NCBI GenBank assembly: GCA_001825395.1
Contig: MHWN01000005.1
Location: 1 to 55,859, forward strand
Source of the DNA: Candidatus Zambryskibacteria bacterium RIFCSPLOWO2_02_FULL_39_26
Lineage (GTDB): Bacteria; Patescibacteriota; Minisyncoccia; Phycocordibacterales; DATDWN01
Reading direction: 5' to 3'
DNA length: 55,859 nt
The notes beneath the pieces are model-generated. The model saw only the letters and a list, made by a program, of their open reading frames with translations, did not search any database and had not been told where the DNA came from. The stretch's first letter is position 1, and every line of letters starts with the position of its first letter. Position numbers and translations under genes: made by a program. Below, in pieces: positions 9,337 to 17,649 of this stretch.

Positions 9337-9921
9337 TCATGACGTTGGCTGATGAAAGTTCCACCGAGCCATTCGAGGGATTCCGACTGTTTTGAAAACT
9401 ACCCAACCGACAATGTTTGCAACAAACCAGATTCTCCAATTGCGTTGCAATATCATTGGGTTCTCAGGATCCTCAGCTTCTCGGGCGGGGATGGAGTGGA
9501 AGCAAATCTCTGAATTCTTGAAGAAGTATTTCCATACCATCCTACATCTGCGTGAGTGGCATTCTTCCGCCACAATCACAATAGAACTTGAATCCGAGTT
9601 TGTTTGAGCGATCAATCGTTTGATCGCCAAACATTCATCCGTTGTACTGGTGACCTTCCCAATATAGAAACTTTGCTCGGCAGGGAATATTCCCTGCTTT
9701 TCCGAAATCTCTATTGTATGGGATGGACCGTGTGCAAAGCTCCCCCAAAAAATCTTGGCATCTGGGAATCTTTGGGAGACAAGCAATACTTGCTTTACCA
9801 CTTCTTCAGATGCGTTTGTTAGGCCTGTTTTCGTGGCTCCGTAGGAGACAGCCACGATAGCCGTTACTTTCTCCGGGAGTGGGTCGTGGATTGCCCACTT
9901 CTTCAAAATCCATCCAAACAT
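9337..9921 (-). CDS. YdcF/DUF218 (ElyC/SanA-like) family protein
   Basis: GKVTSTTDECLAIKRLI...IVIVAEECHSRRCRMVW resembles the DUF218 T-x-T...H-x-x-R pattern. The strand is opposite to its neighbours. GC is visibly higher (43% in one hand-counted line). Confidence 0.6.
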   Translation of the reverse strand: MFGWILKKWAIHDPLPEKVTAIVAVSYGATKTGLTNASEEVVKQVLLVSQRFPDAKIFWGSFAHGPSHTIEISEKQGIFPAEQSFYIGKVTSTTDECLAIKRLIAQTNSDSSSIVIVAEECHSRRCRMVWKYFFKNSEICFHSIPAREAEDPENPMILQRNWRIWFVANIVGWVVFKTVGIPRMARWNFHQPTS

Positions 9922-10029
9922 TCCTCACCTTCCTCTGGTAGCATTATATCACACCCTATAAAAAAATCAATATCGGTTTCATTTAAAAATAAGCAGATTT
10001 TTTGTTATAGTTTAAAGGAAGATACAAAT

Positions 10030-11712
10030 ATGACGCTATCTCGAAAAGAACTTTTGATTTTTACAGTGATATTTTTGCTGTTTGTGGCGATACATATCCT
10101 CGCTATTCATTTCCCCTATCATCAGGATGAATATAAATGGGTGCTTTATTCTCATCCGGAAATTATCACTCCGGGAACTGTCCCTCATCCGCCACTAACT
10201 GAATTTATTTACACCAAAATTGGCCCGGTTTTTGGAGATATGAATTTTCGGTTCATACCGTTTATTTTTGGCATGTTGAATTTTTTCCTACTCTTTTATT
10301 TATCCAAAACTATTTTCAGTAAAAAGGTGGCCCTCTGGACGATTTTTCTCTTTACAATTTCTTTTTATTCACTTTTGGCAACGCTTATGGTTGATGTTGA
10401 CGGGGCGGTAATGCCGATGCTCTTTTTAATAATGTCTATTGGTTATTTTAAATGGAAAGAATCTCTTCCCAACAATGCCTCAAATTGGAAGTGGTTGGCT
10501 CTTATAATAATTGGTGCAATCGGAGGTTTTCTTATAAAAGTCAGTGCAATTTTGCCAATTATTACAATATTTCTAGATTTTTTGGTGGAAAAGCAGGTTT
10601 TCAGAGATAAAAAGAAAATTCTTAAATATTTGTTATATGCTGTTGGTGGCGGCACCATCTTGGTTTTCGTTCTTTTATTGGCCAAGTTTATTTTTCCTTT
10701 CTTCAATCTTTCTTATGCGCTTAAGTATTGGGAACATTTTGCTGTATTTGCCGGCAGGGGATGGATGCAGACATTCATACAGTTTTTCAAATCAATCCTT
10801 TATACCTCACCGCTTTTGATACTTCCGGCTTTCCTTGCCGGCAAGGAAATATTTAGAAAAACCAGAGTATTTTATCTTTTTATTTTTGTTGGAATTTTCT
10901 TTTATATTTTTGCTTTTGATTTTTCCATAGGCGCACTGGATAGATATTTTCAATTTTTAATCATACCGCTTTGCTTGATTTCCGGTGCAGTTTTTGCCGG
11001 AGCTTTTGAGAAGTTTTTTGAAAACATCAAAAAAAGCCATATTATTAGTCTTATTTTACTTATTGCTTTTCTTGTTCTAATCCAATTTATTCCACATACC
11101 GTGCCGTCTTTACACCCAAAAGCCGAATGGGTTGGAAGGATTTTATCTCTTAAATGGAATTTTCTCTATCCATTCACTGGAGGCTCCGGTCCTTTGGGTT
11201 TTTATGTTTCATTTCTTTTTATCGGTCTAGTCTGGATTATTTCTTCTATTTTTTTTCTGATTGCATGGTTTAAAATAAGTTTGAGAAATATTTTATTAAT
11301 ATCGATTTTCGCACTCGGTTTTTTATATAATGGCGTCTTTAGGGAGGAATATCTTTTTGGATGGATAAACGGTTCTGCTCCAAAGGTTTTGGCCGGCGCA
11401 GTGGAGTATATAAAAAACAACAATGATATAAAGTCTGTTACTGTGTATAACGATAATGGTGGGTATGATATTCAAAATATAGGCAAATATCACAAAAGGC
11501 TTTATACTGACCCAAAGTTTGGAGTTGAAGAAAAGATGGTAAACCTTAACTTATATAAAGAACATTATTTAGAAGTGAATATTCCAAGGATAGATCCTAA
11601 TAGTTTTTACAGACGATATCTAGATTCTTGCGAAGTTATTTATAAAAAGACTGACAAGAGTATTTCAGCCATAGTCTATAACTGTGAGTCAGCACCTGAT
11701 GTAAAACTATGA
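10030..11712 (+). CDS. GT-C fold membrane glycosyltransferase (GT39/ArnT/PMT-like)
   Basis: More than 10 hydrophobic segments plus a C-terminal soluble domain. Start moved to the ATG at 10030, which has an AAGGAAG RBS 8 nt upstream and a TGTTATAGT -10. The upstream extension to 9886 overlaps the DUF218 gene. Confidence 0.6.
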   Translation: MTLSRKELLIFTVIFLLFVAIHILAIHFPYHQDEYKWVLYSHPEIITPGTVPHPPLTEFIYTKIGPVFGDMNFRFIPFIFGMLNFFLLFYLSKTIFSKKVALWTIFLFTISFYSLLATLMVDVDGAVMPMLFLIMSIGYFKWKESLPNNASNWKWLALIIIGAIGGFLIKVSAILPIITIFLDFLVEKQVFRDKKKILKYLLYAVGGGTILVFVLLLAKFIFPFFNLSYALKYWEHFAVFAGRGWMQTFIQFFKSILYTSPLLILPAFLAGKEIFRKTRVFYLFIFVGIFFYIFAFDFSIGALDRYFQFLIIPLCLISGAVFAGAFEKFFENIKKSHIISLILLIAFLVLIQFIPHTVPSLHPKAEWVGRILSLKWNFLYPFTGGSGPLGFYVSFLFIGLVWIISSIFFLIAWFKISLRNILLISIFALGFLYNGVFREEYLFGWINGSAPKVLAGAVEYIKNNNDIKSVTVYNDNGGYDIQNIGKYHKRLYTDPKFGVEEKMVNLNLYKEHYLEVNIPRIDPNSFYRRYLDSCEVIYKKTDKSISAIVYNCESAPDVKL

Positions 11713-13175
11713 TTCTGGAAAATCTTACAGCAAAAACAAAAAATATAATTCTTGTAGTAGTTTTTACTTTGGCTATTTTTCTAATAACATTTGACTTTAA
11801 AAACACTCCAAAAGTTTGGGTTGACGAAGGGGTGTTTACTGAAACAGCAAAAAACTTGGCGACTCACGGTGTACTCGGATTACAGACGTCGACTGGTGAG
11901 TTTTTCTCTATGAGGAATTTTCTGCTATCCACTAGTTACCCAGTAATTCTCCCTGTGGCATTAAGTTTCAAAATTTTGGGTACTGGTATTGTCCAAGCTA
12001 GGTTACCTATGATTTTATACATGTTCGCATTGGTAATGATTTTTTATTTATTTGCAAAAAAAAGATATAGTTTTTATCCGGCAATTTTGTCTGTGCTAAT
12101 GCTTCTATCATTCTCTCCTTTTTATGGAAATGGTCGGCCCGTACAGGGTGAAGTTCCTGGACTGGTCTTTTTGGTTTTAGGTGCTTTATTTTTGCTTTAT
12201 TTGGAGGAAAGCGGCTTTAATGATAAAAAATGGGCTGTACTTAGCGGTTTAGCTTTCGGTTTAGCTGCTTCCACTAAGCCAATTTTTCTTGTGCTAATCC
12301 CCTTAGCACTTGTAATAACTCTATTTTTTTGGATTAAAAAAATAGAGAATCGTAAAATTTTATTATTTCTTCTTACTGGATTAATAATTCCTATTCTTAT
12401 TTGGTGTTATATTCACATCTCAACAGCGGCATTGTTCATAACGTTCATTTCTAAAAGTTTTTTTCTCGCAAGTAATCATGATATGTCTTCTATTTCATTT
12501 ATTCAAAATATTCTTAATAATATTATAAGATTTTCAACAGAATCCACTCCGATACTGTTTATATTGATGTTTGGGATTGTTGCCCTAACTTTTTTAATTA
12601 AATTTAGAAATAAAATTAGTCAAACATTAAGTAGTTCAGAATTTATAATTTTCTCATTTATAATTTTAAACTGGATAACTTACTTAACTGGGACAGGGTG
12701 GTATCGTTATTTTTTTCCTGCGCATGTCTTGCTTTACTTATTATTCCCTGCTTATATTTTAGCTCTATCACAAATTATAAATAAAAGATTTTATAAAAAA
12801 GTACTAATTCTTATCCCAATAATGCTAATTATCTTTCAGTTTTATCATTTGATTTTTCTTTCCGATACGTCATTTGTAGTTGAAAGAACTAGGAATACTG
12901 ATTTAAAGATGGCTCTATCAGAGATTGACACTTCCCAAAAAATACTATTCTATAATACCATAGAGACTTCAATTTTTTTAAGAGGTGATAATTATTCACA
13001 ATATTTATCAATGGGTGATTTTTTGGAAGCTGGAAATAAAAATGTGACCAGCGATTCTAATTTTGACTACATTTTAACTAACAATCTTACGAATATTAAT
13101 TTTAATCAGTCTTGTTACATCTCAAATCCGGTTGATCAGTACACTCTTTTAAAAAAAATAAAAGATTGTAAATAA
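11709..13175 (+). CDS. GT-C fold membrane glycosyltransferase (GT39/ArnT-like)
   Basis: Polytopic 488-aa protein. Start overlaps the previous stop. Sits next to a Dpm1-like GT2. Confidence 0.55.
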   Translation: MILENLTAKTKNIILVVVFTLAIFLITFDFKNTPKVWVDEGVFTETAKNLATHGVLGLQTSTGEFFSMRNFLLSTSYPVILPVALSFKILGTGIVQARLPMILYMFALVMIFYLFAKKRYSFYPAILSVLMLLSFSPFYGNGRPVQGEVPGLVFLVLGALFLLYLEESGFNDKKWAVLSGLAFGLAASTKPIFLVLIPLALVITLFFWIKKIENRKILLFLLTGLIIPILIWCYIHISTAALFITFISKSFFLASNHDMSSISFIQNILNNIIRFSTESTPILFILMFGIVALTFLIKFRNKISQTLSSSEFIIFSFIILNWITYLTGTGWYRYFFPAHVLLYLLFPAYILALSQIINKRFYKKVLILIPIMLIIFQFYHLIFLSDTSFVVERTRNTDLKMALSEIDTSQKILFYNTIETSIFLRGDNYSQYLSMGDFLEAGNKNVTSDSNFDYILTNNLTNINFNQSCYISNPVDQYTLLKKIKDCK

Positions 13176-13178
13176 TTT

Positions 13179-13886
13179 ATGAAAAACGTAATTATTATTC
13201 CCACTTATAATGAAAGGGAAAATATTAAAATTTTAGTACCTATTATTTTTAATATTATTCCCGACATCTCAATTCTTGTAGTAGATGATAACTCACCAGA
13301 TGGTACATCTACAGTTGTTAAGGAAATGCAAACACATTATACAAGACTCTCTCTCCTTTCCAGATCAAATAAAAACGGATTGGGTCCGGCTTACATAAAT
13401 GCATTTAAGGAAGTAATAAAAGATCCAGAAGTAAAAAGTGTAATAATGATGGATGCAGATCTTTCTCATGACCCGAAATCTCTTAACGAAATGATACAGA
13501 AAAGTGATAAATTTAGTGTGATAATTGGTTCACGTTATATACAAGGAGGAAATACAATTGGGTGGGAGTATTGGCGTCGAGCACTAAGTTTCTGGGGCAA
13601 TCTTTATTGCAGAATGATAACCCGAATGCCCATACACGATTGCACTGGTGGTTTCAATGTAATATCTGCCAAACTCTTGCGAAAAATTGATTTTTCAAAA
13701 ATGGATATGGGGGGCTATGCTTTTATTATGCAACTTAAGTATTTTTTATATAAAGAAGGTGGCACTTTCTTTGAAGTTCCAATTACCTTTGTAAATCGCA
13801 CTGGAGGTGAGTCAAAAATTTCTAGCCATATAATCAATGAGGGTATTCTTGCGCCATGGGAAATGATCATGAGAAGATATAAATGA
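13179..13886 (+). CDS. polyprenol monophosphomannose/glucose synthase (GT2, Dpm1-like)
   Basis: IIIPTYNERENI, VVDDNSPDGT and MDADLSHDP are the classic Dpm1/Ppm1 signature. Confidence 0.8.
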   Translation: MKNVIIIPTYNERENIKILVPIIFNIIPDISILVVDDNSPDGTSTVVKEMQTHYTRLSLLSRSNKNGLGPAYINAFKEVIKDPEVKSVIMMDADLSHDPKSLNEMIQKSDKFSVIIGSRYIQGGNTIGWEYWRRALSFWGNLYCRMITRMPIHDCTGGFNVISAKLLRKIDFSKMDMGGYAFIMQLKYFLYKEGGTFFEVPITFVNRTGGESKISSHIINEGILAPWEMIMRRYK

Positions 13887-13939
13887 TTTTTGACAGATGT
13901 TTATTAAAATGGTAAGGTCGCCTATATTGTTGTAAGGAA

Positions 13940-15103
13940 ATGATAAAACTAATCAAGTCAACTTTTTATAATGAAAAACTGACAAAGAAACAGCTTTGCG
14001 ATTTTATTCTAAAGACGGAACAGCTTTCTATTGGTAAGCATTGCGCTCAATTTGAAAAAGACTTTTCTAAATGGCAGGGCAGGAAATTTGGATTGATGTT
14101 CAACAGTGGAAGCTCTGCTAACCTCGCTCTTATACAGGTTTTGATAAATCTTAAGAAAATAAAAGCAGGGGACTGTGTTGGTTTTTCTGCTGTGACTTGG
14201 GCTACAAATGTTATGCCTCTTATCACCATGAATTTGAAGCCGGTGCCGATTGACATAGAATTAGAGACTTTAAATATTTCTTCTAAAAAAGTAGAAGAAT
14301 CTTATAAAAAACATAAGTTTCAGTGCTTATTTATAACAAATCTACTGGGTTATTGTAGTGATTTGGATAAGATAAGAAATTTTTGCAACAATAATAAAAT
14401 TCTTTTGATAGAGGATAATTGTGAATCTCTGGGTTCTGTTTACAAAGGGACCAAACTTGGTAATTTTAGTTTTGCTTCAACATTTTCTTTTTATGTTGGG
14501 CATCATTTATCTACCATAGAAGGTGGTATGGTTTGTACTAATGATAGAGAGATTGACACAATGCTTCGGATTGTCCGTTCTCACGGCTGGGATCGTCATC
14601 TTACACCCTTTGAACAAAAAAAATTTAGGAAGAAATATAAAGTGGATGAGTTTTATGGTAAATACACTTTTTATGACATCGGTTACAACTTTAGACCGAC
14701 CGAGATACAGGGATTTCTTGGCTCGAACCAGTTAAAATATTTGAATACAATGGTGAACAAACGGGAGAGTAATTATAAACAATTTGAGAAAATCTATTCC
14801 AATCCAGATTTTGTGAAGATGAACACAAAAGGTTTGACAAAAATCTCAAATTTTGCCCTTCCTCTAATTTGTAAAGATAAATCTACCAGAGATAAGTATA
14901 TAAAGAAAGCAGAGAAAGTAGGTATTGAGACTAGACCGATAGTTGCCGGTAATATAAACAACCAAGCTTTTTTCTCGAAATATGTTAATAAAAAGTTTTC
15001 TTTGAAAAATGCTGAAAGAATTCACCACACCGGGTTTTATTTTGGTAATAACCCAGATATGACCGAAAAGGAAGTCAGATTTTTAGTAAAAACTTTCCAA
15101 TGA
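13940..15103 (+). CDS. colD: GDP-4-keto-6-deoxy-D-mannose 3-dehydratase (ColD-type, DegT/AHBA-synthase fold)
   Basis: 387 aa. IEDNCESLG, FSFYVGHHLSTIEGG and RSHGWDR match E. coli ColD as I recall it. The Schiff-base Lys is replaced by His (codons 188-189 = CAT CAT at 14501-14506). Adjacent to gmd and fcl. Confidence 0.8.
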   Translation: MIKLIKSTFYNEKLTKKQLCDFILKTEQLSIGKHCAQFEKDFSKWQGRKFGLMFNSGSSANLALIQVLINLKKIKAGDCVGFSAVTWATNVMPLITMNLKPVPIDIELETLNISSKKVEESYKKHKFQCLFITNLLGYCSDLDKIRNFCNNNKILLIEDNCESLGSVYKGTKLGNFSFASTFSFYVGHHLSTIEGGMVCTNDREIDTMLRIVRSHGWDRHLTPFEQKKFRKKYKVDEFYGKYTFYDIGYNFRPTEIQGFLGSNQLKYLNTMVNKRESNYKQFEKIYSNPDFVKMNTKGLTKISNFALPLICKDKSTRDKYIKKAEKVGIETRPIVAGNINNQAFFSKYVNKKFSLKNAERIHHTGFYFGNNPDMTEKEVRFLVKTFQ

Positions 15104-15530
15104 AATTAACAGAAAAAGATTTTAGAGAAATATATGAGAAAGTTCCAAGACTTTGTGTTGATATTATTATCAAAAGCGAAGATGGGATTTTGTTACCCTT
15201 GCGTTCAATTGAGCCATATGAAGGGAAGTGGCATATTCCTGGGGGACAGTATATAAAGGAGAAAGACTAGAAGAAGCGACAAGAAGGATTGTAAAAAAAG
15301 AGACTGGCCTTGAGGTAGATTTAATTAAACATGTTGGTTATATTGAATATTTGAATGAAAAAAGATTTGGTAGAGATACTCATTCAATTAGTCTAATATT
15401 TGAGGCTGTCCCTAAAGGAGGAGAGCTTAATCATGATAATAACGCAACGGAATTGAAATATTTTAAAGAATTACCAAACGACCTTATTGAAGAACAAAGA
15501 GAATTTATTAAGACACTAAATTTTTCCTAA
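15100..15530 (+). pseudogene. GDP-mannose mannosyl hydrolase-like Nudix gene (gmm/nudD-like) interrupted by a frameshift
   Basis: The frame from the ATG at 15100 (ATGA overlap with colD) reads MKLTEKDFREIYEKVPRLCVDIII...EGKWHIPGG and stops at 15268-15270. The Nudix box continues one frame over (TVYKGERLEEATRRIVKKETGL). The junction is the G5 run at 15241-15245, and one extra base there restores a ~143-aa ORF. Confidence 0.7.
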
Positions 15531-16498
15531 TCTTTTGGGCGATTTTTGATAAACCAATCAATAGTTTTTTTAAGTCCTGTTTTAAAATCTACTTTTGAAA
15601 CAAAACCAAATTCCTTCTTAGCTTTTGAGACATCGAGTTTTCTACGAAGCTGACCGTCGGGCTTGGTGGTGTCCCAAACAATTTTACCCTTATAATTAAC
15701 AATTTTGGTGATAAGTTTAACTAAATCTTTTATTTTTATTTCAAAACCACTACCAATATTTATTGGATTTACATTACTGTATTTCATTGTGGCGAGAACG
15801 ATGGCTCGAGCCGCATCATCTACATACAAAAATTCTCGTCTAGCGCGACCTGTGCCCCACACTACAACTTCAGGTTTATTCTTCTCTTTCGTCTCAATGA
15901 ATTTTCGTACTAGTGCGATGAGAACATGAGAGTTGGCTGGATCAGAATGGTCTCTAGGACCGTACAGATTAACTAAGATTGGATTAATACCATTGAAACC
16001 GTATTGTTCTTTGTAAGCTTGAAGTTGAACCAAAAGTATTTTTTTTGCCAAACCGTACGGGGCGTTTGTTTCTTCTGGATAGCCTAACCACAAATCCTCT
16101 TCTTTAAACGGAATTCTTGGTGGAACTTTTGGATAAGAGCAGACGGAGCCAATCTGAACAAACTTTTTTACTCCTGCTTTACGAGCTTCTTCTATAAGAT
16201 TTATCCCTATTGAGGCATTATTATAAAAAGCAGTTCCTGGAAATTTTTTATTGAAACCTATACCGCCGACAGTAGCTGCTAGGTTTATAACAATGCCCAT
16301 TCCTTTCACTGCTTTTGCACAGTTTTTTGCAATTCTCAAATCTAAGTTTTTGCTCCTTGGTCGAAAAATATTTTTTTCCTTGGCTCCATTACGAATGAGC
16401 TCATTAAATACAGGTTGTCCTAAAAAACCGTATCCTCCTGTTAGTAATATTTTTTTATTTTTTAAGTCCAAATCAATTTTGCTCTTTTTCATGATCAT
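15527..16498 (-). CDS. fcl: GDP-L-fucose synthase family 3,5-epimerase/4-reductase (Fcl, or GDP-L-colitose synthase ColC)
   Basis: [11 protein letters not shown] Rossmann motif. [18 protein letters not shown]...GSVCSYPK...[11 protein letters not shown]...[13 protein letters not shown] aligns with E. coli Fcl as I recall it. Confidence 0.8.
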   Translation of the reverse strand: MIMKKSKIDLDLKNKKILLTGGYGFLGQPVFNELIRNGAKEKNIFRPRSKNLDLRIAKNCAKAVKGMGIVINLAATVGGIGFNKKFPGTAFYNNASIGINLIEEARKAGVKKFVQIGSVCSYPKVPPRIPFKEEDLWLGYPEETNAPYGLAKKILLVQLQAYKEQYGFNGINPILVNLYGPRDHSDPANSHVLIALVRKFIETKEKNKPEVVVWGTGRARREFLYVDDAARAIVLATMKYSNVNPINIGSGFEIKIKDLVKLITKIVNYKGKIVWDTTKPDGQLRRKLDVSKAKKEFGFVSKVDFKTGLKKTIDWFIKNRPKD

Positions 16499-17550
16499 GT
16501 CTTGAGATTTACTTTTCTTCTCTCTTCTTTGAGGTCATACTCAACCATTATTTTCACCAACTCTTTAAACTTAACCTTTGGTTTCCAGCCTAATTTTTTC
16601 CTGGCTTTACTATAGTCGCCCATAAGAACATCCACTTCCGCTGGTCTGAAATATACCGGGTCAATCTCAATTATTACTTTACCTGTTTTCTTATCAACAC
16701 CTTTCTCTTTCACTCCTTTTCCTTTCCATTGTATATTCATACCTAGTATTTTCGCAGCTTCTTCGACAAATTCTCTGACAGCATGAGTTTCATTTGTTGC
16801 CAAGACATAATCATCAGGTTTTTTAGCTTGAAGCATGCGCCACATACCTTCTACATAGTCTTTTGCATACCCCCAATCTCTTTTAGCTTCCAGATTCCCT
16901 AAGTATAATTTTTTGTCAATACCAAGTTTTATTCGAGACAGACCCCTCGTGATTTTTCTCGTGACAAATGTTTCTCCGCGACGAGGAGATTCATGATTGA
17001 AAAGTATTCCGTTCACCGCAAACAAACCATAACTTTCTCTATAATTTTTGGTAATCCAATAAGCATAGACTTTTGCCACTCCATAAGGTGAACGTGGGTG
17101 AAACGGGCTAGTTTCTTTTAGAGAGGTTTCTTTTGTTTTTCCAAACATCTCGCTTGATGAAGCCTGATAAAATTTTGTTTTATTTAAACCAACTTCTCGC
17201 ATCGCGTCAAGAATTCTAAGTGTTCCTAGCCCAGTAACGTCTCCAGTGTATTCTGGCATATCAAAACTTACACGCACATGGCTTTGAGCGCCTAGATGAT
17301 AAATCTCATCTGGCCTCACTTTTTGGAGTATTCGGTTTATATTACTTCCGTCCGATAGATCTCCATAATAGAAATGGAGGTTATTGTCTTTTTTAATATG
17401 TGGATCCTTGAGTATATGGTCTACTCTCTTGGTGTTAAGAGAGCTTGAACGACGAATAATACCGTGCACTTCATAGCCCTTTTCCAAAAGTAGTTCAGCT
17501 AAATATGACCCGTCTTGGCCAGTGATACCAGTTATTAGGGCTTTTTTCAT
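16495..17550 (-). CDS. gmd: GDP-mannose 4,6-dehydratase
   Basis: [36 protein letters not shown]...[12 protein letters not shown]...[18 protein letters not shown] is the canonical Gmd pattern. Confidence 0.95.
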   Translation of the reverse strand: MKKALITGITGQDGSYLAELLLEKGYEVHGIIRRSSSLNTKRVDHILKDPHIKKDNNLHFYYGDLSDGSNINRILQKVRPDEIYHLGAQSHVRVSFDMPEYTGDVTGLGTLRILDAMREVGLNKTKFYQASSSEMFGKTKETSLKETSPFHPRSPYGVAKVYAYWITKNYRESYGLFAVNGILFNHESPRRGETFVTRKITRGLSRIKLGIDKKLYLGNLEAKRDWGYAKDYVEGMWRMLQAKKPDDYVLATNETHAVREFVEEAAKILGMNIQWKGKGVKEKGVDKKTGKVIIEIDPVYFRPAEVDVLMGDYSKARKKLGWKPKVKFKELVKIMVEYDLKEERRKVNLKT

Positions 17551-17649
17551 AAGAACACCATAGCAGATTAACGAATGTTTTTCTAGTGTTTATAAGTAAT
17601 ACTAGGTTTAGGTTTTCGCAATTTTTTGTTATAGTTTAACTATAATTCC

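Noticed and set aside
9886-10029. N-terminal 48-codon extension of the GT-C gene as drawn in the ORF track
   Set aside because: The extension overlaps the 5' end of the convergent/divergent DUF218 gene and contains the promoter-like TGTTATAGT and the AAGGAAG RBS. The ATG at 10030 begins the hydrophobic protein proper.
15228-15530. Stand-alone 100-aa ORF as an intact gene
   Set aside because: Its apparent start is a GTG inside the Nudix fold. The upstream frame from 15100 supplies the missing N-terminal beta-strands and the GG of the Nudix box, so it is the 3' part of a frameshifted gene.
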